From Balanoglossus misakiensis (lineage: Eukaryota; Animalia; Hemichordata), in contig CM082579.2 of the NCBI GenBank assembly GCA_040954595.2, forward strand, positions 1,625,908 through 1,689,907: a stretch of DNA of 64,000 bases. The letters run 5' to 3'. A program made the position numbers and the translations under genes. A model generated the notes under the pieces. The model was not told the DNA's origin. It made no database searches and saw nothing but the letters and a program-made list of their open reading frames with translations. Positions 1 through 13,165 of the stretch are shown here, one piece after another. Within the stretch, counting starts at the first letter, position 1, and each line of letters starts with the position of its first letter.

Positions 1-2097
1 TATGTAAATTAGTCGATATCCTACATTTTATTCTGGGGAGAACACTGCAAGCTTATATATGAAGGACACTTGACATATAAATGGTTTGGGAAGGCCAACA
101 TGTAGAATTTGAATTCTCTGAAAGAAATGGTCTATGTGAAGATAGTGTCTTTTCTTTACTTGTAATAACCTTGTCACATCTATTTAGTGTGTATGCCTCT
201 CTTTTCTGTAATGTTTGCCCAAGTGAAATTTAAACCCATTTATAGTGGATATATGGAACTTTGTAAGTGCCTACTTATTATTATAATTTGTTTAAACAGT
301 TAATATCTTTCTCTTTTTTTTCTAATAATTTCACATCTTTGCTTTTGTGTACAAGTATTGAATTTGTTTCTATGTTTTCAAAGTGAGATTAAAAGCCCAT
401 TTGATTGCAAGGTTATAGTAATTGTATTTGTGTTTTTTTGTTGCAATATTCAGAATGTAATTTTACTCTATGGTATTCTAGTAGGTGCCTGAAAATGTAA
501 TTAAATGTTTTCAATGTAATTAAATTTTTAACGCCTTATTCCATGTTGTAATTCTCGTATTGAGTTTTTAAATCCATTTGATTGTGAGCTTTACAGTATT
601 TTTTATTGTAGTATAGTAATTAGTATAATAAAATAGTTAGTACTGGTAGATAAAATTCCTGGTATCTATTTTAATGTAGAATATTTTTGGTTTTTATCGA
701 GGATAATCTTCTGATGTTAATTAAGTCTGATAATTATGCATTTACAGAAAATGCATTTACTGAAATAAGAAGTTTGCAGACCCATGATGAAGTAGAGAGT
801 GATTATGCAGCATATTACACAATTTTGATGCCACCAAATGTGAAAATGCAGAGAAGTTGAGATTAATTGAAGGAAAAAATAATTGATTTGAGAAAATTTC
901 CTTGTAGTTTCAAATGAACTGTATACATGTACATAATCATGGAAATGTCTTGGATTAATAAAGAAATAAATTCATGCATATATTGTATTATTTTGTATTT
1001 TTTTTCAAGTGTCAACACCTATGATTGATGCAAACTTGGTGCTTTTTTGACAAAGGGGGCAATGAAATGACAGATTTTGTTTTCACATCAGGGGCCGTCG
1101 TTTGACTTTGCTTGTTTCTAACACAGAATCCAGGGAAGTGTTGATTGAATAAAATGATACAGACAATGAATGGCTAGTTTTTCATCTTATTCTGTTTTAT
1201 TGAAAAGGTTGTAAAGTTTTGAGACCACAAACAAAAGTGGATATACAACAGAATCTGTAAAGTGACATGACAATTAAAATCATCATGCTGATATTCATCA
1301 ATACTGTAATAAAATACAATATGTGAAAGCAATTGATGTTGACATTAAAATCACTGTTAAAACATAAAAATAGTATCCAATGACTCAATTTACATAGTCA
1401 TTAAAAACCCATAATATACAAATCTTCAAAACTTTCTGGCTAACGTCGTCAAACAATTTTCCACCCTAAGGTGGTTATCACACATCTTGCTAAGGAGGGT
1501 GGTTGAAATCACTTAAAAAAAGAAAATTCAGAATTTCAGAATATTTTAACAGAAGATTGACATGTCAAAAGCACAGAAAAAGCCCCTTTGCAGTGTCATT
1601 TTTGTTGTTTTGTGGGGTCAAGATGTCACAGGTATACAAAATGTGATAAAGACATCCACCCCATCAAAGTATGAATCAAATATCAAAGAAACATTTCTGA
1701 AATTAGGACTGGAAAGGGGTTTATTTTACAATGGAAATGGCAGGAGCTCCATGGAAGGAAATGTACAGATCTTGGACAAAGACATCCACCTTTATGTCAA
1801 AAGGTAAAAATATATGTCAAAATGACTAATGGTTAAAATACAAATACTGGTTTCAAAAGTGGCAAACGCACAATTTTTTCACAAAGGATGCACCAGTACA
1901 GACTGTTCCGAAATAAGACCTGCAATATGATGTGATCACAACAGCTTCTGTGTTTGGTTGAAAGGGAGTGGTCCTTAGTTCCCAGAGAATGGAAGATTCC
2001 ATTTTCTGGTTAACGACACTCACGACGTGAACGTGAACCACACGAGTGTCACCTAACTAAGACAATTACGCCCTACTCTAATGGACACCCCCAAGTT

Positions 2098-3147
2098 CAC
2101 GGAACTGGCGACCGGCACCAGTCAGATTCTATGTCAATCATGAGTACACGGAACTGGCAACCGGCACCAGTCAGATTCTATGTCAATCATGAGTACACGG
2201 AAACTGGCAACCGGACCAGTCAGATTCTATGTCAATCATGAGTACACGGAACTGGCAACCGGACCAGTCAGATTCTATGTCAATCATGAGTACACGGAAA
2301 CTGGCAACCGGACCAGTCAGATTCTATGTCAATCATCAGTACACGGAACTGGCAACCGGACCAGTCAGATTCTATGTCAATCATGAGTACACGGAACTGG
2401 CAACCGGACCAGTCAGATTCTATGTCAATCATGAGTACACGGAAACTGGCAACCGGACCAGTCAGATTCTATGTCAATCATCAGTACACGGAACTGGCAA
2501 CCGGACCAGTCAGATTCTATGTCAATCATCAGTACACGGAACTGGCAACCGGACCAGTCAGATTCTATGTCAATCATCAGTACACGGAACTGGCAACCGG
2601 ACCAGTCAGATTCTATGTCAATCATGAGTACACGGAACTGGCAACCGGACCAGTCAGATTCTATGTCAATCATGAGTACACGGAACTGGCAACCGGACCA
2701 GTCAGATTCTATGTCAATCATCAGTACACGGAACTGGCAACCGGACCAGTCAGATTCTATGTCAATCATCAGTACACGGAACTGGCAACCGGACCAGTCA
2801 GATTCTATGTCAATCATCAGTACACGGAACTGGCAACCGGACCAGTCAGATTCTATGTCAATCATCAGTACACGGAACTGGCAACCGGACCAGTCAGATT
2901 CTATGTCAATCATCAGTACACGGAACTGGCAACCGGACCAGTCAGATTCTATGTCAATCATCAGTACACGGAACTGGCAACCGGACCAGTCAGATTCTAT
3001 GTCAATCATCAGTACACGGAACTGGCAACCGGACCAGTCAGATTCTATGTCAATCATCAGTACACGGAACTGGCAACCGGACCAGTCAGATTCTATGTCA
3101 ATCATCAGTACACGGAACTGGCAACCGGACCAGTCAGATTCTATGTC
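2098..3147. repeat. Satellite array 1, 48/49-bp monomer, about 22 copies
   Basis: Tandem copies of GGAACTGGCAACCGGACCAGTCAGATTCTATGTCAATCATCAGTACAC with CATGAG and GGAAACT variants. Confidence 0.98.
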
Positions 3148-4165
3148 CAATAAAGACAAAGGGTTGAAATTCTCAAAACAGACTTGCAGACATACGCACG
3201 TGTGAAGATGATCGGTACTAAATAAATCACTCAAGTTTATACTTGTATGTGTATGTGTATGTGTACGTTTAATAAAGTTTTATTTCAGTTAAGAGTAAAT
3301 AAAAAAAAGATTACAACTCTCCTAACCATCTTATTTTACCGTTATCACAGACCTACGCATGTTGGAAGCTAAGGTACGGAACAAAACCACTCCCATGTTA
3401 GACCAGTATATTTTTTTATTAAGTTTTATTTCAGTTAAGGATAAGGACAAAAATTACAAGTCTCCTAACCACCTTATTTTACCGTTATAAGAGACCTACG
3501 CACGCGCAAAGCTAAGGTACGGAACAAACCACTCCCATGTTACAAAGTTATACCAGTATGATTTTAATAAGGTTTTATTGCAGTAAGGGGACAAAAGATA
3601 ACATGTCTCAAAAAAACTTCTTATATCTATCTATATCACTTACTTGTTAAATACTGCCTGAAGTCTAATAATATCCAGTGGTCTTCATTCAGCCATGGAA
3701 TATACAAACGCTTACCTCGTGTAGTCAGTTGCATGGCCCGAATATATACAACTTACCTTGACACACACATACACACATTCAAACCAAAGTTGGGCACCTT
3801 TCGAAGCATTTTGTGCCATAGCGAAATGACCATGCACCGAGCATGTCATGTTGATTTTAAAAGACTGAAATGACATCCACGTAGCACTTGTATCGTTATA
3901 TACTGTAGGTTTGTGCAAAATCGGTTCACTGAACTGGCCACCGGCACCAGTCAGAATCTGGACAAAATCATCAAATTGGCAACAATATAAAAAATTACTT
4001 GGTTGATACCGCTTACTTATTCTATCTGGCTTGTAACATCATGGTCAGTTTGGTATCCATTATCAGCTCATTATCAGCTCATTATCAGCTCAATATCAGC
4101 TCAATATCAGCTCAATATCAGCTCATTTGGTCTTCGGCGCTGCAAAACAAGCAAATGTATGCAGA
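3148..4165. repeat. ~1-kb spacer, copy A (duplicated at 11937-13151)
   Basis: Near-identical to 11937-13151 from AAAGACAAAGGGTTG to GCAAATGTATGCAGA. Contains ~143-bp sub-repeats, a degenerate satellite monomer (3927-3973) and an 11-bp minisatellite. Confidence 0.95.
4061..4126. repeat. 11-bp minisatellite TATCAGCTCAW x6
   Basis: Six tandem units counted directly. Confidence 0.95.
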
Positions 4166-5342
4166 AATGAATGTCTACAATATCCGTGAACAAGAAACAA
4201 ATCATGATCACTCCTCTGTACCCAAACTGTTGTTCAGATGGTACATCATACATGTACAATTACCTTGGATGTTTGCCCTCAATAGGCTTATTTGGCAACT
4301 TGGCTAATTTTACAGCACCAGGCACATTCATGTGTCCTTATTAAATGTGTAAGTTTATAATGGTATTAAGCCAATTTTAATAAGCTCATTTACTTTATTT
4401 TCTTAGAATTCTTACCTTCCCACATTTCCAAGTGGGCATCTATCTTCCGAGCTGGCAAACATCTGAGAATCATCTATTGGACATCTGGAATAAATTAAAA
4501 TGATAGCAAGATAAATGGTCAGTCCCTGGACAATGTGGACAAATAACAACATTTCACTGCAAACCCCAGGATGTTCACTCATTCTGATACATTTTGTGAC
4601 ATCTGAACTGGAGAAGATAACAACCAAACAGCTAGACCTCAGAGTATTTGCTTTTATGACATTTACAAACTTTATAGCTGATCACATGTTGATGATAAGC
4701 TGAGTGTCTCGATATGTTGTCAGGCATTTGTTTACATTTTAAGTTCACTTTCTTTTCCTACAATTCTTACCTTCACACATATCCATGTGGGCAGCCATCA
4801 TACTGGCTGGAAGAATCTGAGGAACATCTATGTGACATCTGGAATAAATGACAATAATGTAAATTGAATGTTTCTTGGTACTTGAAATATCTCTAAAGTT
4901 AAGCAATTCAATTGTCCACCTTAAGTTTATGATTGGAATGCTATCACTTTACAAAGCATATAAAGATGAACTTTTTGAACCATAGCAAAATTACCATGAA
5001 CCAGAAGTCATGTTAAAAGTAAAACTCATGACAAGACATGTTCATATGTCACCCATACAGGGACACTGCAGCTTTGTGCATAATCAGTTTGTTCAACTGT
5101 AATGGCACTAAAGAGAATCGAAAGGTTCTTCAAAATATCCACTAGGAAAACAACTTGGTTGCTAATATCGCTTACTTGTTAAATATAGCTGGTTGCATCC
5201 ACTAGGTCTTCGGACAGCCATGGTACATACTGTCACCAGCCTCAGCCAGACCCACCAGGTGACAATTTGAAGGTTATGATCACCTTTCGGAGCATGCAGA
5301 ACTGATGAACTTTTGCACCATACCAAATAACCATGCGCCTTG

Positions 5343-8300
5343 CAGTCAGATTCTATGTCCATAATCAGTACACGGAACTGGCAACCGGACCAGTCAAATT
5401 CTATGTCAATCATCAGTACACGGAACTGGCAGCCGGACCAGTCAGATTCTATGTCAATCATCAGTACACGGAAACTGGCAACCGGACCAGTCAGATTCTA
5501 TGTCAATCATCAGTACACGGAAACTGGCAACCGGACCAGTCAGATTCTATGTCAATCATCAGTACACGGAAACTGGCAACCGGACCAGTCAGATTCTATG
5601 TCAATCATCAGTACACGGAAACTGGCAACCGGACCAGTCAGATTCTATGTCAATCATCAGTACACGGAAACTGGCAACCGGACCAGTCAGATTCTATGTC
5701 AATCATCAGTACACGGAACTGGCAACCGGACCAGTCAGATTCTATGTCAATCATCAGTACACGGAACTGGCAACCGGACCAGTCAGACTTATGTCAATCA
5801 TGAGTACACGGAAACTGGCAACCGGACCAGTCAGATTCTATGTCAATCATCAGTACACGGAACTGGCAACCGGACCAGTCAGATTCTATGTCAATCATCA
5901 GTACACGGAAACTGGCAACAGGACCAGTCAGACTTATGTCAATCATGAGTACACGGAAACTGGCAACCGGACCAGTCAGATTCTATGTCAATCATCAATA
6001 CACGGAACTGGCAACCGGACCAGTCAGATTCTATGTCAATCATCAGTACACGGAAACTGGCAACCGGACCAGTCAGATTCTATGTCAATCATCAGTACAC
6101 GGAACTGGCAACCGGACCAGTCAGATTCTATGTCAATCATCAGTACACGGAACTGGCAACCGGACCAGTCAGACTTATGTCAATCATGAGTACACGGAAA
6201 CTGGCAACCGGACCAGTCAGATTCTATGTCAATCATCAGTACACGGAACTGGCAACCGGACCAGTCAGATTCTATGTCAATCATCAGTACACGGAACTGG
6301 CAACCGGACCAGTCAGATTCTATGTCAATCATCAGTACACGGAACTGGCAACCGGACCAGTCAGATTCTATGTCAATCATCAGTACACGGAAACTGGCAA
6401 CCGGACCAGTCAGATTCTATGTCAATCATCAGTACACGGAAACTGGCAACCGGACCAGTCAGATTCTATGTCAATCATCAGTACACGGAACTGGCAACCG
6501 GACCAGTCAGACTTATGTCAATCATGAGTACACGGAAACTGGCAACCGGACCAGTCAGATTCTATGTCAATCATCAGTACACGGAACTGGCAACCGGACC
6601 AGTCAGATTCTATGTCAATCATCAATACACGGAACTGGCAACCGGACCAGTCAGATTCTATGTCAATCATCAGTACACGGAAACTGGCAACCGGACCAGT
6701 CAGATTCTATGTCAATCATCAGTACACGGAAACTGGCAACCGGACCAGTCAGATTCTATGTCAATCATCAGTACACGGAAACTGGCAACCGGACCAGTCA
6801 GATTCTATGTCAATCATCAGTACACGGAAACTGGCAACCGGACCAGTCAGATTCTATGTCAATCATCAGTACACGGAAACTGGCAACCGGACCAGTCAGA
6901 TTCTATGTCAATCATCAGTACACGGAAACTGGCAACCGGACCAGTCAGATTCTATGTCAATCATCAGTACACGGAAACTGGCAACCGGACCAGTCAGATT
7001 CTATGTCAATCATCAGTACACGGAACTGGCAACCGGACCAGTCAGATTCTATGTCAATCATCAGTACACGGAAACTGGCAACCGGACCAGTCAGATTCTA
7101 TGTCAATCATCAGTACACGGAAACTGGCAACCGGACCAGTCAGATTCTATGTCAATCATCAGTACACGGAAACTGGCAACCGGACCAGTCAGATTCTATG
7201 TCAATCATCAGTACACGGAACTGGCAGCCGGACCAGTCAGATTCTATGTCAATCATCAGTACACGGAAACTGGCAACCGGACCAGTCAGATTCTATGTCA
7301 ATCATCAGTACACGGAAACTGGCAACCGGACCAGTCAGATTCTATGTCAATCATCAGTACACGGAAACTGGCAACCGGACCAGTCAGATTCTATGTCAAT
7401 CATCAGTACACGGAACTGGCAACCGGACCAGTCAGATTCTATGTCAATCATCAATACACGGAACTGGCAACCGGCACCAGTGAGATTCTATGTCAATCAT
7501 GAGTACACGGAAACTGGCAACCGGACCAGTCAGATTCTATGTCAATCATGAGTACACGGAAACTGGCAACCGGACCAGTCAGATTCTATGTCAATCATCA
7601 GTACACGGAAACTGGCAACCGGACCAGTCAGATTCTATGTCAATCATCAGTACACGGAACTGGCAACCGGACCAGTCAGATTCTATGTCAATCATCAGTA
7701 CACGGAAACTGGCAACCGGACCAGTCAGATTCTATGTCAATCATCAGTACACGGAAACTGGCAACCGGACCAGTCAGATTCTATGTCAATCATCAGTACA
7801 CGGAAACTGGCAACCGGACCAGTCAGATTCTATGTCAATCATCAGTACACGGAAACTGGCAACCGGTCCAGTCAGATTCTATGTCAATCATCAGTACACG
7901 GAACTGGCAACCGGACCAGTCAGATTCTATGTCAATCATGAGTACACGGAACTGGCAACCGGACCAGTCAGATTCTATGTCAATCATCAGTACACGGAAA
8001 CTGGCAACCGGACCAGTCAGATTCTATGTCAATCATCAGTACACGGAAACTGGCAACCGGACCAGTCAGATTCTATGTCAATCATCAGTACACGGAAACT
8101 GGCAACCGGTCCAGTCAGATTCTATGTCAATCATGAGTACACGGAACTGGCAACCGGACCAGTCAGATTCTATGTCAATCATGAGTACACGGAACTGGCA
8201 ACCGGACCAGTCAGATTCTATGTCAATCATGAGTACACGGAACTGGCAACCGGACCAGTCAGATTCTATGTCAATCATGAGTACACGGAACTGGCAACCG

Positions 8301-11300
8301 GACCAGTCAGATTCTATGTCAATCATGAGTACACGGAACTGGCAACCGGACCAGTCAAATTCTATGTCAATCATGAGTACACGGAACTGGCAACCGGACC
8401 AGTCAAACTCTATGTCAATCATCAGTACACGGAACTGGCAACCGGCACCAGTGAGATTCTATGTCAATCATCAGTACACGGAACTGGCAACCGGACCAGT
8501 CAGATTCTATGTCAATCATGAGTACACGGAACTGGCAACCGGACCAGTCAGATTCTATGTCAATCATGAGTACACGGAACTGGCAACCGGACCAGTCAGA
8601 TTCTATGTCAATCATGAGTACACGGAACTGGCAACCGGACCAGTCAAATTCTATGTCAATCATGAGTACACGGAACTGGCAACCGGACCAGTCAAACTCT
8701 ATGTCAATCATCAGTACACGGAACTGGCAACCGGCACCAGTGAGATTCTATGTCAATCATCAGTACACGGAACTGGCAACCGGACCAGTCAGATTCTATG
8801 TCAATCATGAGTACACGGAACTGGCAACCGGACCAGTCAAATTCTATGTCAATCATCAGTACACGGAACTGGCAACCGGACCAGTCAAATTCTATGTCAA
8901 TCATCAGTACACGGAACTGGCAACCGGCACCAGTGAGATTCTATGTCAATCATCAGTACACGGAAACTGGCAACCGGCACCAGTCAGATTCTATGTCAAT
9001 CATCAGTACACGGAACTGGCAACCGGACCAGTCAAATTCTATGTCAATCATCAGTACACGGAACTGGCAACCGGACCAGTCAAATTCTATGTCAATCATC
9101 AGTACACGGAACTGGCAACCGGACCAGTCAAATTCTATGTCAATCATCAGTACACGGAACTGGCAACCGGACCAGTCAAATTCTATGTCAATCATCAGTA
9201 CACGGAACTGGCAACCGGACCAGTCAGATTCTATGTCAATCATCAGTACACGGAACTGGCAACCGGACCAGTCAGATTCTATGTCAATCATGAGTACACG
9301 GAACTGGCAACCGGACCAGTCAGATTTTATGTCAATCATGAGTACACGGAACTGGCAACCGGACCAGTCAGAGTCTATGTCAATCATGAGTACACGGAAC
9401 TGGCAACCGGCACCAGTGAGATTCTATGTCAATCATCAGTACACGGAACTGGCCACCGGACCAGTGAGATTCTATGTCAATCATCAGTACACGGAACTGG
9501 CAACCGGACCAGTCAGATTCTATGTCAATCATCAGTACACGGAACTGGCAACCGGACCAGTCAGATTCTATGTCAATCATCAGTACACGGAACTGGCAAC
9601 CGGACCAGTCAGATTCTATGTCAATCATCAGTACACGGAACTGGCAACCGGACCAGTCAGATTCTCTGTCAATCATGAGTACACGGAACTGGCAACCGGA
9701 CCAGTCAGATTCTATGTCAATCATCAGTACACGGAACTGGCCACCGGACCAGTGAGATTCTATGTCAATCATCAGTACACGGAACTGGCAACCGGACCAG
9801 TGAGATTCTATGTCAATCATCAGTACACGGAACTGGCAACCGGACCAGTCAGATTCTATGTCAATCATCAGTACACGGAACTGGCAACCGGACCAATCAA
9901 ATTCTATGTCAATCATCAGTACACGGAACTGGCAACCGGACCAGTCAGATTCTCTGTCAATCATGAGTACACGGAACTGGCAACCGGACCAGTCAAATTC
10001 TATGTCAATCATCAGTACACGGAACTGGCAACCGGACCAATCAAATTCTATGTCAATCATCAGTACACGGAACTGGCAACCGGACCAGTCAGATTCTATG
10101 TCAATCATGAGTACACGGAACTGGCAACCGGACCAGTCAGATTCTATGTCAATCATGAGTACACGGAACTGGCAACCGGACCAGTCAAATTCTATGTCAA
10201 TCATCAGTACACGGAACTGGCAACCGGACCAGTCAAATTCTATGTCAATCATCAGTACACGGAACTGGCAACCGGCACCAGTGAGATTCTATGTCAATCA
10301 TCAGTACACGGAACTGGCAACCGGACCAGTCAAATTCTATGTCAATCATCAGTACACGGAAACTGGCAACCGGCACCAGTCAGATTCTATGTCAATCATC
10401 AGTACACGGAACTGGCAACCGGACCAGTCAAATTCTATGTCAATCATCAGTACACGGAACTGGCAACCGGACCAGTCAAATTCTATGTCAATCATCAGTA
10501 CACGGAACTGGCAACCGGACCAGTCAGATTCTATGTCAATCATCAGTACACGGAAACTGGCAACCGGACCAGTCAAATTCTATGTCAATCATCAGTACAC
10601 GGAACTGGCAACCGGACCAGTCAAATTCTATGTCAATCATCAGTACACGGAACTGGCAACCGGACCAGTCAGATTCTATGTCAATCATCAGTACACGGAA
10701 CTGGCAACCGGACCAGTCAAATTCTATGTCAATCATCAGTACACGGAACTGGCAACCGGACCAGTCAAATTCTATGTCAATCATCAGTACACGGAAACTG
10801 GCAACCGGACCAGTAAAATTCTATGTCAATCATCAGTACACGGAACTGGCAACCGGACCAGTCAGATTCTATGTCAATCATCAGTACACGGAACTGGCAA
10901 CCGGACCAGTCAAATTCTATGTCAATCATCAGTACACGGAACTGGCAACCGGACCAGTCAAATTCTATGTCAATCATCAGTACACGGAACTGGCAACCGG
11001 ACCAGTCAAATTCTATGTCAATCATCAGTACACGGAACTGGCAACCGGACCAGTCAAATTCTATGTCAATCATCAGTACACGGAACTGGCAACCGGACCA
11101 GTCAAATTCTATGTCAATCATCAGTACACGGAACTGGCAACCGGACCAGTCAAATTCTATGTCAATCATCAGTACACGGAACTGGCAACCGGACCAGTCA
11201 AATTCTATGTCAATCATCAGTACACGGAACTGGCAACCGGACCAGTCAGATTCTATGTCAATCATCAGTACACGGAAACTGGCAACCGGACCAGTCAGAT

Positions 11301-11936
11301 TCTATGTCAATCATCAGTACACGGAACTGGCAACCGGACCAGTCAAATTCTATGTCAATCATCAGTACACGGAACTGGCAACCGGACCAGTCAAATTCTA
11401 TGTCAATCATCAGTACACGGAACTGGCAACCGGACCAGTCAAATTCTATGTCAATCATCAGTACACGGAACTGGCAACCGGACCAGTCAGATTCTATGTC
11501 AATCATCAGTACACGGAACTGGCAACCGGACCAGTCAAATTCTATGTCAATCATCAGTACACGGAACTGGCAACCGGACCAGTCAGATTCTATGTCAATC
11601 ATCAGTACACGGAACTGGCAACCGGACCAGTCAAATGCTATGTCAATCATGAGTACACGGAAACTGGCAACCGGACCAGTCAAATTCTATGTCAATCATC
11701 AGAACACGGAAACTGGCAACCGGACCAGTCAAATTCTATGTCAATCATCAGAACACGGAAACTGGCAACCGGACCAGTCAAATTCTGTGTCAATCATCAG
11801 AACACGGAAACTGGCAACCGGACCAGTCAAATTCTATGTCAATCATCAGTACACGGAACTGGCAACCGGACCAGTCAGTTTCTATGTCAATCATCAGTAC
11901 ACATAACTGGCAACGGCACCAGTCAGATTCTATGTC
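5343..11936. repeat. Satellite array 2, 47-49-bp monomer, about 136 copies
   Basis: Same monomer as array 1 over ~6.6 kb, with regionally clustered variants. Confidence 0.98.
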
Positions 11937-13151
11937 CATTAAAGACAAAGGGTTGCAATTCTCAAAACAGACTTGCAGACATACGCACGTGTGAAGATGA
12001 TCGGTACTAAATAAATCACTCAAGTTTATACTTGTATGTGTATGTGTACGTGTACGTTTAATAAAGTTTTATTTCAGTTAAGAGTAATGAAAAAAAGATT
12101 ACAACTCTCCTAACCATCTTATTTTACCGTTATCACAGACCTACTCATGTTGGAAGCTAAGGTACGGAACAAAACCACTCCCATGTTAGACCAGTATATT
12201 TTTTATTAAGTTTTATTTCAGTTAAGGATAAGGACAAAAATTACAAGTCTCCTAACCACCTTATTTTACCGTTATCACAGACCTACACATGTTGGAAGCT
12301 AAGTTACGGAACAAAACCACTCCCATGTTAGACCAGTATATTTTTTTATTAAGTTTTATTTCAGTTAAGGATAAGGACAAAAATTACAAGTCTCCTAACC
12401 ACCTTATTTTACCGTTATAAGAGACCTACGCACGCGCAAAGCTAAGGTACGGAACAAACCACTCCCATGTTACAAAGTTATACCAGTATGATTTTAATAA
12501 GGTTTTATTGCAGTAAGGGGACAAAAGATAACATGTCTCAAAAAAACTTCTTATATCTATCTATATCACTTACTTGTTAAATACCGCCTGAAGTCTAATA
12601 ATATCCAGTGGTCTTCATTCAGCCATGGAATATACAAACGCTTACCTCGTGTAGTCAGTTGCATGGCCCGAATATATACAACTTACCTTGACACACACAT
12701 ACACACATTCAAACCAAAGTTGGGCACCTTTCGAAGCATTTTGTGCCATAGCGAAATGACCATGCACCGAGCATGTCATGTTGATTTTAAAAGACTGAAA
12801 TGACATCCACGTAGCACTTGTATCGTTATATACTGTAGGTTTGTGCAAAATCGGTTCACTGAACTGGCCACCGGCACCAGTCAGAATCTGGACAAAATCA
12901 TCAAATTGGCAACAATGTAAAAAAAATACTTGGTTGATACCGCTTACTTATTCTATCTGGCTTGTAACATCATGGTCAGTTTGGTATCCATTATCAGCTC
13001 ATTATCAGCTCAATATCAGCTCAATATCAGCTCAATATCAGCTCAATATCAGCTCATTATCAGCTCATTATCAGCTCATTATCAGCTCATTATCAGCTCA
13101 ATATCAGCTCATTTGGTCTTCAGCGCTGCAAAACAAGCAAATGTATGCAGA
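11937..13151. repeat. ~1.2-kb spacer, copy B
   Basis: Duplicate of 3148-4165 with one extra ~143-bp sub-repeat and 11 rather than 6 copies of the 11-mer. Confidence 0.95.
12992..13112. repeat. 11-bp minisatellite TATCAGCTCAW x11
   Basis: Eleven tandem units counted directly. Confidence 0.95.
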
Positions 13152-13165
13152 TTCTATGTCAAAAT

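Noticed and set aside
2098-11936. CRISPR array
   Set aside because: Units abut with no unique spacers, there are no cas genes, and the context is eukaryotic.
2180-12023. Many long repetitive ORFs (YVNHQYTELATGPVRF, MSIISTRNWQPDQSDS, IDIESDWSGCQFRVLM)
   Set aside because: These are artefacts of a 48-bp monomer that lacks stops in several frames. The 47- and 49-bp variants shift frame freely, so no frame is preserved.
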